The notes under the pieces were generated by a model. That model was not told the origin of the DNA and ran no database searches. It saw only the letters and a program-made list of their open reading frames with translations. A stretch of DNA of 63,057 bases, counting the filler, from Aduncisulcus paluster (Eukaryota): NCBI GenBank assembly GCA_024181965.1. It is 6 parts of 6 records of this genome, joined end to end, with 100 filler letters (N's around TTAATTAATTAA, not from the genome) between each part and the next. Parts side by side here need not be neighbours in the genome. Positions count along the whole stretch, not along the records: positions 16,816 to 23,338 come from BQXS01010043.1; positions 23,439 to 30,268 come from BQXS01010045.1; positions 30,369 to 35,943 come from BQXS01010046.1; 3 more parts are not named here. One strand, written 5' to 3'. A program made the translations under genes and the position numbers. Every line of letters begins with the position of its first letter. The stretch's first letter is position 1. Shown here piece by piece: positions 22,780 through 33,300 of this stretch.

Positions 22780-23338
22780 TTATGATACTTTTTTAAAGTA
22801 GTTTATTGTCTTGATCTTTTTCTTGACGATTATAAAGAATTTTATAAAATCGAAGGACGGAAAATTAACTTATAGGTTAATTCTAAGTCACTGATAACCG
22901 GTAAAATACCGATTCACTCCTTCAAAAGGTTTTTTCGAAAAATCTTGTTTTTCGTTCGGTTTTGTAATTATTTTAGACAAAAGCAAAGAAATTTATGATT
23001 TTAGAGATTAAGAAGAAAGATTTATTTATTAAATCCTTTTTAATTTTGCTAATTCAAATTTTTCGACTTTTTGCTTTTTTCACACACGAACCGAGTCGCG
23101 ATTCGGTTAACAATTATCAATTACACTAGTGATAAGCGTTATACTTTAAAGATATTACATCTTTTTCATTGAAATATCTTTCTATTTCAGATCGTATTTT
23201 TCCCTTTCCTTCCATCGAGCCTTCGCTCTGAGAGGGGTAGAAGTGGGGAAAATACACTCTATCTATGTTAATTATATGTTGTTCTTTTATTTCACTTCTT
23301 AATTTTAAATAAGAAGAAGGAACAAGAAGTATTTTTCA

Positions 23339-23438
23339 NNNNNNNNNNNNNNNNNNNNNNNNNNNNNNNNNNNNNNNNNNNNTTAATTAATTAANNNNNN
23401 NNNNNNNNNNNNNNNNNNNNNNNNNNNNNNNNNNNNNN
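23339..23438. other. Artificial contig-join spacer
   Basis: N44-TTAATTAATTAA-N44. Confidence 0.97.
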
Positions 23439-26400
23439 AAGAAAAGAGGAAGAAAGAAAACTATTTTTGCTTGAAAAATCCAAATTCCAAGATGAAAGAT
23501 CTAAATTATTAGAATTGCAGGCCAAATTGGAAGAGAAAGAGCAGTTATTGATCAAAATGCAAGAAGAGGAAAAATTAAAATTAGAACAATTAAAAATTGA
23601 AGAAATTGAAAGAGAAGAGAGAAGGAAACAAGAGGAAGATGAAAGGAAAAGAAGAGAAGAAGAAGAGGAGGAAGAAAGGAGAAAAGAAATAGAGAAAAGA
23701 AAGAAAGAGGAAGAGGAAGAAGAGAAGTGGAGAAAAGAAGAGGAAGAAAAAAGGCAAAGAAAGGAAGAAGAAGAGCGAAGAAAGCGTGAAGAAGAGGAGA
23801 AGAAAAGAATAGAAATTGAAGAAAAAAGGAGAGAAGAAGAGCGACTTTTGCTTGAGAAAGAACGTGATAGTTTACAAAAACAGAAAGAGTTGTTAGAATT
23901 GGAATGGGAAAAGAAACAAGAATGGTTGAAAAACGAACAGATTAAGTTTGAACAAGAAAGAAGAAGAAGAGAAGAGAAGGAAAGAAGAGGAAGAGGAATT
24001 GAAAAGAAAGAAGGAAGAAGAAGAAAAACTACGAGAAGAAGAAGAAGAGAGGAGAAAAGCGGAAGAAGAGAAAAGAATTACACTTCGTTTGCAGAAAGAA
24101 GAGGAAGAAGAGAAAGAAAGGGAAACACAAAAGGAAATCCAAAGAAAAGCATGGGAAAAGGAGGAACAGGAATGGCTTGAAAAACTTGAGAAACTTCGTA
24201 TTCGACGTGAAAAGGAGGAAAAGGAGCTTCAAAAATGGGCAGAGATGAGGAAAGCTTGGAAGATTGAAGAAGAGGAATATACAAAGCGTAAGGTGAGTTC
24301 AGAGGCTCAAAAAGAAGCAGGAGAGGCTCAAAAAGAAGCAGGAACAGACAATGTTGAGACCGATCTATTTTTAGGAGCAACATTTGCAGAAGAGGATATT
24401 GTTGAGGAATTGGTGGGGAAAACTGAAGAAGAGGAAGAGGAGGAAGAAGAGGAAGTGGGAGGAAAAGAAGATGCAAAAGAAGATATAGAAATTGAAGAGG
24501 AAGATTCTGAGGAAGAACAAGATCTCTCCCCAGCTCAAAAGAAGCTTCGAGCAGCTGAGGATGAACTGTTACATACAGAGACTGGATATTTATCTTCCCT
24601 CTCCTCTCTCTGTGATATAGTCGAACGGCTTGAGTCCAAACATGGTTTCACTGAATTATCAGAGATTGGTGCCATTGCAAAGATGATGAAGGCCAATTCA
24701 CAGCATTTGGTCGATGATCTGACATGTATTCTGCCGCCATTCAAATCGTTATATCTGACCCTTGCGAGAGATGGTGAGGAATCGTTATCAATAGAGGAGA
24801 GAGAAAAGAAGAGAAGGGAAGAACGGAGAGCAAAAAAGAAGGATGCTAATCAGCGTCGATTGAATAGAATTCAGAAAGCTGGACCATCACATTCAATATC
24901 TATAATACATGGTTTACCACTCGCAGAACGTGCTAGTGAGGCCCTTGTGATGGCTGTGCGGTCGTTCACTCTCTCTTATCTCTATTTATGTAGATATGAT
25001 CAAGTTGCTGCCTCTCTTAAGCTTGCTCCGAAACATATTAAAGATGAGATCATGAATTTTGAGATGAAAATGCAGTCCCCGATGGAAGTTTTCCTTATTC
25101 GACCAGTGAGAAGGTACCCTGAGTATGAGTTAATCATGAAGGAGCTTGTCAAACAATCTGGACGTGTGTATGGTGTTGATCATCCCATCCATAAGGAATA
25201 TATTTGTGCCCAACAAAGTATAGTCGCAGTTAATGAATTTGCCAATGATTGCAAAAGTAAGGTCGATTTCTGTCGAGCTAGTATGCTGATTCCACACATC
25301 ACGACCCATGTTCCTGTGTCCGTTCGAGCTATTCTTGGGAGTGGCAGGAATGGTGTGTTTCCGACAGATATGATGCTCCCTCAGAGACCCAAGAGTAAGA
25401 AAGGAGACAAAAGGAGCAGAGTTGATACGCCCCTATGTTCAGACATGTGGGATAGATGCACATCCATGTATGAGAAATATGTGAATAATGAGCAACATTC
25501 TCACGTGGCCTTAAAATATATATTAAATAATTCTACCGTGGATATTCCTCCTCTCCTCTCTTCTCTCGAAGTTTCTAATGATCAAAATGATACATCGGGT
25601 GTTCCAAATTCTGCAATGATTCCACAATATGTAGTGGACTCGACCCCTGAATATAGTCATCATACAACTCCACTTGCTAGAACTTTGCTCTGGGAAGGAA
25701 TAATGAAGGTTCTCGTGCAGAATTATGGCGATTTCACTGATCCTCCGAGCTCTCCATTTGAGTTTCCAAAGAGAAACCCACACGATGATACAATGACCCT
25801 TGGAGATCCTCGCTTGGGCCTACGATTCTCCAAAGGTGGAAGGAAAGGTGCTCTCGAATATAAAGAGCGGCTTGTATTATTGTTCACTGATTGTGTTGTC
25901 ATTCTTAAACAACGTGATCGCCGTGAATTTGTCCAATGTCTCGCTCATGCTGATAAACTTGAGGAAAATGATACATCGGGTGTTCCAAATTCTGCAATGA
26001 TTCCACAATATGTAGTGGACTCGACCCCTGAATATAGTCATCATACAACTCCACTTGCTAGAACTTTGCTCTGGGAAGGAATAATGAAGGTTCTCGTGCA
26101 GAATTATGGCGATTTCACTGATCCTCCGAGCTCTCCATTTGAGTTTCCAAAGAGAAACCCACACGATGATACAATGACCCTTGGAGATCCTCGCTTGGGC
26201 CTACGATTCTCCAAAGGTGGAAGGAAAGGTGCTCTCGAATATAAAGAGCGGCTTGTATTATTGTTCACTGATTGTGTTGTCATTCTTAAACAACGTGATC
26301 GCCGTGAATTTGTCCAATGTCTCGCTCATGCTGATAAACTTGAGGAAAAGGATACAATCGGGCACTTTGTTGGATCTCCAAGTGAAGTGGCTGGTGGTCT

Positions 26401-27745
26401 GAGACGCATTTGGGATGAACAAGAGAAATCATACCCCATGGATCCCCTTCCTGCATTTGTTTTGGCTGGAGTAGAAGAAAAGGATCGGCGAGAAGCGTCT
26501 CGAGGAACTCTTTCCCCTTCAAAAGAAACTACCACCGACTCTGGTGAACTTTCAAGAAATCCAATTTCTGTGAATATAAATAATCTCTCTACTGATGATG
26601 GTGCGAGTATCACTGATAGCATTGGTTCAACAGATACATTTTCTACTGCTGCCTCTGTAACAACCAGACAATTGCCTGATTATGATGAATTGGAGAGGAA
26701 AGACATTACTCTATTCTCAACAGATTTTCATGAAAAGAATCATTCTGCTATTTGTAAAGATCGTAAACAAATTTTGTCTGAAAATAGTGTATTACAGAGC
26801 CAATCAGTGTGGAATAATGTTGCTCCTAAAAATAGATCCAGTGCTGTTTATTCTTTGAAACATTTTTCTCCCACTGGTGGATTGTTCCTCTGTGTGTCAG
26901 AATCTCTCCTTCAATGGTGGAGTATCGGGGGTTCTGAGGAGAAGGAAGACAAAGAACTTGTCAATATTAAAGGGAACAATTTTGAAACACTTGCGACTGC
27001 CATGCTCGAGTGTGGTTGTGTGAAGTATGATGCCAAGGAGAGCGAGCCATTGGTATCTGAGAGTGTTACCACTGCTTCCAATGAGTCTCTCTCAAGTGCC
27101 ATGAGTCCATCTCTCTCAACCTCAACAACTTCTTCCACTCCTGTTGGGAAAAACAATAACAAATTCAATGCATTCGATGATTATTATGATGAATCTCCAT
27201 CTATTTCAACCCCTATTCGGGATGTGACATCATCTATTGACTCATTGGTCCCAACTCCCTCGGATTGGCTTGATAAATTGACTGATGCACTCAGTGTTGC
27301 AAAGGAATCAGATGCTTCACATTCAAGACTTCAATCCGAAATGAACGATGGACAAAAACAAGGAGAAGAAGAAAAAGAAGAGAGAGAAGAAGAGTGCGAT
27401 GACGTTTTTGAAACTCCTCAAGTTGAAAGGGAGAAAATTCACGAACAAACGGAAGTACCATCGAATGAGCCGTTAAGACCACGCAATATGCTCTCTTTTG
27501 ATGAGAATATTGAAGGAGAGGAGGACAGAGAAGAAGAGGAAGAAGAAGAGGAAGAAGAGGAAGAAGAGGATGCTGAATCTGGAATGGAGGCTGTTATTCT
27601 TGGAAACGTTCCATCCTTTACTCTTGATTCTGTTTCCCATTTTGACATTCAAAAAGAACCAACGATAACCCCAATTGTTAAAGAAGAGCCTGAAGTGAAG
27701 AAATTGAAAAAATTCGTTCCTCCTCCTCCTCCTCCAAAGAAATAA
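23439..27745 (+). CDS. Dbl-homology (DH-PH) Rho GEF with long E/K/R charged helix and C-terminal polyproline; 5' partial, apparent frameshift near 23950-24000
   Basis: ELLHTETGYLSSL and FLIRPVRRYPEYELIMKELVK are DH signatures; LLWEG...ERLVLLFTDCVVI is PH-like; the charged helix moves from ORF 23467 into ORF 23948 by a frame change in a GAA-rich tract. Confidence 0.8.
25584..26349 (+). repeat. In-frame 381-bp tandem duplication inside the RhoGEF
   Basis: 25584-25964 repeated from 25965; 127-aa block NDTSGVPNS...HADKLEE appears twice. Confidence 0.9.
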
Positions 27746-27945
27746 AACTTTATATCATTTGTTCAAAAAAAAAAAAAAAAAAAAAAAAAAGAAGAAGAAA
27801 GGAAACAGTGATATTTCACTGAAATAGATCAAGACTTGATCAACAAAAAAGTTCATGAATCATGAAGGAATTCTTCATTGATATTTTGAATCAAAATTTG
27901 AATATTTCTATTTCTTTCAATGAAAAATTGAGATAAATCTGAGAT

Positions 27946-29379
27946 CTATTTTTCACATGAACATTTCTTCTTCTCCCATTTATCTTGAAGTATAGGGCAT
28001 CCAAAGAATGGGTTGACTCGGTTCATTCTCTCATCGCCAAGAGAGGCCAATCCGACCACACTTGCCCACGTATGCAATGGATCAGGTTTACATCCATATC
28101 TCCTTCCAACAGCCATCATTCCAAGCTGACTCACTGAGGATACACATACAAACGAATGGAGTACGTGATAATCAACAAGCATTGTGTATGGAAAATCTAA
28201 CATTTTGAGAGACTCACAATCGTCTTTCAATGATTCCAATGAAACGACATTCGGACTCTGATCTATATGCTCAACTCCCTTCATCTCTCCTCCTTCCTGT
28301 TCTTCTTGATCAAATTTTTCAGTCTTTTCTTCATGTTCCCTTCCATCTGAACAATAATCACTATCATCATTTCCACAACATCTTCTCCCATCCACCCAAA
28401 GAGATCCTTCACCCATGAGCACTCTAGCTCCACTCCCTTCCCCTCTTTCCTCTTTCTCTCCTTCCTTTGTCCTCAAGCAAACACATACACTCGACCTATC
28501 AAGCATGCTCTCAAGACATGCCAATGTTGACCCACACCAGAATGTATAACATGTACATTCATTCTTGTGGGCCCTTCCTTGAAATCCAAGACGATGCCGA
28601 GCCACAAGCCAGGATATCAAACGAAGAAGCTGGAATGAAGGTGTTATGCCATCGGAGGATAAGAGAGAAGATGAGATAACTCTTTCGACACCGGAGATTC
28701 CAGCTAATAAGAATGCTGCAGATATGGCACAATATGTGGGACCTCCCTGGGATTCTCCTTCGGGATATACAGAAAATGCGCCGTCGTATGTTCTACAGCT
28801 CGCTATATATGATAGGATACGTGAGATTTCCGAGGATAAGTTTGGTTGTAGTTGTAAAATATTTGTAATGACAGCAAACGAATAAACAAATCGAATATCA
28901 GATTCTCCACCAGATGAACATGAACCGTTGGAGTGAAGAGTTTGCTTTAAAAAGTTTAAAACCTTGTTTCTGGGAATACGAGAGAGAGCTTTCTCACCTC
29001 CAAGAATATAAAGCGATAGAAGAGATGACTGAGTCATGGTCAAATGTGGAGCAACAATTGATGACATAAAATCATCTTTTGAAGAGATTCCAACGGGAGA
29101 ATAATGAGACAATGAAGAAAACCCATAAAGGTGATCATTCTCAACAGAGTGGCTATAAATGAAATTTATGAGATCTTTACGCGATAATTTTACCCTTTTT
29201 AATGAAATATCAAGAGATTTACATGTATCAAGAGCAGAAATGGCAAAGAATAGAATTGTCAGTTTTTCTCCCTCATAATGTTGTTTTAGTTTCTTTTTAA
29301 CACCCCCATCACGTCCCAGGAATAATTCAAAAAATTTTGAAATTCCTTTTATATCAAAAGTCATATCAGTAAAGCCCAT
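27946..29379 (-). CDS. PGGT1B: Geranylgeranyltransferase type I beta subunit
   Basis: LTILFFAISALD, GESDIRFVYS, ESQGGPTYCA, GFQGRxxK..TCYTFW, PDPLHT prenyltransferase motifs. Confidence 0.85.
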   Translation of the reverse strand: MGFTDMTFDIKGISKFFELFLGRDGGVKKKLKQHYEGEKLTILFFAISALDTCKSLDISLKRVKLSRKDLINFIYSHSVENDHLYGFSSLSHYSPVGISSKDDFMSSIVAPHLTMTQSSLLSLYILGGEKALSRIPRNKVLNFLKQTLHSNGSCSSGGESDIRFVYSFAVITNILQLQPNLSSEISRILSYIASCRTYDGAFSVYPEGESQGGPTYCAISAAFLLAGISGVERVISSSLLSSDGITPSFQLLRLISWLVARHRLGFQGRAHKNECTCYTFWCGSTLACLESMLDRSSVCVCLRTKEGEKEERGEGSGARVLMGEGSLWVDGRRCCGNDDSDYCSDGREHEEKTEKFDQEEQEGGEMKGVEHIDQSPNVVSLESLKDDCESLKMLDFPYTMLVDYHVLHSFVCVSSVSQLGMMAVGRRYGCKPDPLHTWASVVGLASLGDERMNRVNPFFGCPILQDKWEKKKCSCEK

Positions 29380-29628
29380 GGCGACAAAACTTTTGTTTAT
29401 AATGATTATCGATCCGATCGCGACCTAAAAAAACTTGAAAAAAGACCAATACACACTGAAATATCTCAAAAACCTACAATTTGAAAGCAAATTAATATAG
29501 TTTAGTGACCTTGATTTGTTCCGATCATAGATCCGCCTAAAACCTTAATTTTTTTATTGTTAATTCTGCTCAACAAGGATCTCTAATCATTTTATTTTCC
29601 TTTCTTTCTGTGGTATTACAACATTTAC

Positions 29629-30268
29629 ATGAGTTTTGTCCGGTGGAACTATAACTTGCCCCCCACTTTCCTGGACACTCGATGCATACTGTTGCGAGAA
29701 CATATATCATCTCAGATCGTGGCTCAAGTCATATCTGAATTGAACTCGTTGAAACCACCTCAATTCTCGACTGCTCGCGAATTTCTTTCGTATTCACCGT
29801 TTTGGTCACTTGATTCTGGTCAGTCAAGGCGGATATGTGGCATTTTGCAATCCGTCCCTGCTACAATTGCAGCCCATGTTGCTGTAGCGCTGAATCCTTT
29901 ATTTGACCGTGCAGTGACTACAACCTCAGTACGTGCTAAGTCTCGTGCTCTTAAATGCGTGTCAGCTCGAATGACCGTGGCTCAAGATGTTCTTTTTTCC
30001 AGTGACATACCCATCGATCCCCCCCTTGATGTTCAATCTGGTGATCCTCCAACTACACCAGTCGATGTCCCTCAGGCATCAACTACTACCACACAACAAG
30101 AACCTCCTTCCTCCTCTACTGTTCCGCCTCCCTCAGTCCCTCAACCAACCTCACATCGTCATTGTATGTACCTTCCTGATCACAATCGCTCTGGAGCCAT
30201 CACAACCCTTATCTCCACTTTTGCTGACATTGATCGTAGGATTCGTACTCATGGTCACAGTGAAATCA
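29629..30268 (+). CDS. Hypothetical protein, 3' truncated at contig end
   Basis: Open frame from ATG 29629 into the spacer; Pro/Thr-rich linker; no family recognised. Confidence 0.5.
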
Positions 30269-30368
30269 NNNNNNNNNNNNNNNNNNNNNNNNNNNNNNNN
30301 NNNNNNNNNNNNTTAATTAATTAANNNNNNNNNNNNNNNNNNNNNNNNNNNNNNNNNNNNNNNNNNNN
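30269..30368. other. Artificial contig-join spacer
   Basis: N44-TTAATTAATTAA-N44. Confidence 0.97.
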
Positions 30369-33300
30369 GCCTGAGTAGGTGAGATAAATGATCTTGAGGT
30401 GGATGTTTTGGTATCTTCGTCATATGAGGACTGGTTGTGGGAATATGAATTCTCAGAGATGTCAGACATTCTGTACTGTTTAGAATAGCCTTTCCTCTTC
30501 ATGAATGACTCTGATCCAATTGATTGCTTTTCATTGAGCACTACTTGACGCACTCTAACATGCCCATACACTTCAATGGACTTGATCAGACCCGTTTGAG
30601 CGGTGGAAGTGACTTCTTTGAGAGATTGGCAGCATCTTTCAAGTGTTGTATGGGCTTGAAGACGTTCCTTGACGCAAGCAATTGCGTGCATCATTGGGTC
30701 AAGGGAAGCCTCGACTTGTGTGAGAAGAGAAACGACTGGAAGAGAAGGAGACCATGATGCCGAGGCAGTGGTTGGATGCTGAGATCCAAAATATGAATTG
30801 AAAGCTTGTTGATCAGCTCCAAGCACAGTAGTGTATCCGTTTGGTCTTTGTTTCTCAAATTCTTCAAAATCAAGCCGTTTATCCTCAACAATTTTGACAA
30901 CATTATCAACCTTCTGACAAAGAGCAAAAGATGATGAAATGGCCTTGTTCACCAAGGTACCAACGGGATCATTCTCTTCACAGAGGGACAAGAGAGCCAT
31001 AGGAGGTGTCAATGCAGAAGGAGAAGTGAAAGGAGGAGAGAGAGGGTGAGCAACACAGTGACGATTGTAAGTGTCTTGATGACCTTGCAGACACTGTTCG
31101 ACAAAAGGGATGAGAGGAAATCCAAGCTCATTGTTGATGGATGTCATGTCCAACGAGGAAGGCTTAGATTTCTTCCCAGAACCACGATGAGCCCTTGAGG
31201 AAGAAAAACGTTGTCTGCTTGGGGAGGCTTCAGAGAAAAGAGCGAAAGATTGTTGGGGAAGGGTCTTGGTAAGGTCGGGCTCACACCAGAACAATGGGAA
31301 TGAACCTACAATGGAACCCAATTCAGCCTCAACAACTTCAACAGAATGGGAAGCATTCAGGAATGGTTTGCTACCTCCGACTTTCTCTAGTTTCTCAAAG
31401 TATAAAATTAGATCGTGGTTGATCTTCCTCTGAGAACGATGTGATGAAGAATGATGTCTTTTACCGTCTCGAGTCTTTTGTTTGATGTTTCCTTTCCCAT
31501 CTTTGTCATTTGAAGAAGACAAGGATAATTTATCTCCAATTGAGGCTTTTCTTTTGCTCGGTGAATAATGATATTTCGAAGATTGTGCCTTATCAAAATC
31601 ATGCTGGGATCTGGAATGTTCTAAAAATAGATTCTCAGTGTGGATATATTTAGACACCATTCCTGTTAACCATAGCATATCACTAACACTCGTGCACCAC
31701 ATTCCCCCAGTGAGTGGAAGGATTGAGTGAGCGTGTTTTGAAGAAGGTCCATGGATATGAGTCAATTCTGAGAGAGGAATATCGTAATATCCTCCATGTT
31801 GAGTATTGATGATCTTTTCAGTCTTAATATCAGAAGAAGAGGAGGAGGATGAGGAGGAGGAGGAGGAGGAAGAAGGCATGTCAAGGTCTGAATGTAATGG
31901 GGTTGCACACATCTCTATCAACAAATCACGGAGAGCTGGGGAGAGTATTTTTCGGGCAATGGGGAGCACTGAGAACATCCAACCGCTCCTTACAGAGCCC
32001 ATAGAGGGAGACATGGGTGCGGAAGCAGACATTGAGGATGGGAAATAAGAAGAATAGGAGTCGCCATAACCGACTTTAAGAATTAGCTTACAAATTCTCA
32101 AAAGGGCGATTCGAACACGACTTGAGAAAGAATATTTGTGCGAAAATCTATAAATGGAATTGAGAAGAAAATCATTTGTGAATTTTCTTTCGAATGAAGA
32201 TATTCCATTCGATATCTCTTGTTTTGAATCATAAGGAAAAGATGACGACTTGCTCTTCTTTCCATCTTGTCCTGAAGGAGATGCAACGGTACCACTGATG
32301 ATTTGATTGAATCTATGATCACTGGGGCTCCTGATACCAAATGGGAGGGCTTTTGTATAAGGATTCAGGCCGCCAAGAGAAAACTTTCTGGGAGAAGATT
32401 GATGGCCAGATATGTGGCTGGCACGTTTATCTTTCTCGCTTTCGACTCCATCGCTACTCACATGAACTTGTGAAGAATGAATATTGTCACTCTCGGTATT
32501 GATTTCTGAACTCTGTTTTGAGACCTCAAGAATACATCGAACAACACAATGCTCAAGAATCAGTTTGACACAGAGAGATCTAAAAATAGAAAATGGAAGA
32601 GCAGAACGAGAAGAAGCTGGGAAGAAGAGAGGAGAGGACGATCCTTTATCTCTTGAGAAAGGGGAGGAAACTTGTTCAAACTCCTCTTTGGACAAATAGA
32701 GAGGTGATGAGGAGTTTTGATTTGCCAACACTGATCTAAAAATATATGAATAAGCAATCAAAAAGGGAGTAAGAGACTGAGAAAGTGTTGAAATGAGCTC
32801 GGCGACAGAGGGCAGGAGAGCAACCACCAAATCTGTAACACTGATCGGTCCAGAAGAGGACGTCTTTGGAGTTCCAAGACCTTTATATAGAGGTGACTTT
32901 TGACCAGTAAACTTGGGAGATCTCATAGAAAAAGGAGAATGAGAACCAGGAGACACTAAATCGTCAGACAAATCTTGACCATTAGAGCTCTCCAATTGAA
33001 CGGCAGAGATAATAAGTTTGTGGACAAGTTTCTCAATAACTTCAGTAGTGGGACCATCTAAAAATAGACTTGATTTGAGAAACAGGTCAAGAGGGGAATG
33101 TGGAACTGGAAACACTGGAGGTATGAACAGTCTTGAAGGGATCATATCAAACTGTGAGACTGGAGATGATAGGTGTGAAGATTCAAGCTTTGTCACAAAC
33201 TCTGCTTTCTTCATCGATTTTCCTTGTTTGGTCGGAGACTTCTTGTATGAATGCAACTCAGTGACAACCTCAGGAGAAAGAATTCCTTTGTTATCCTTCT

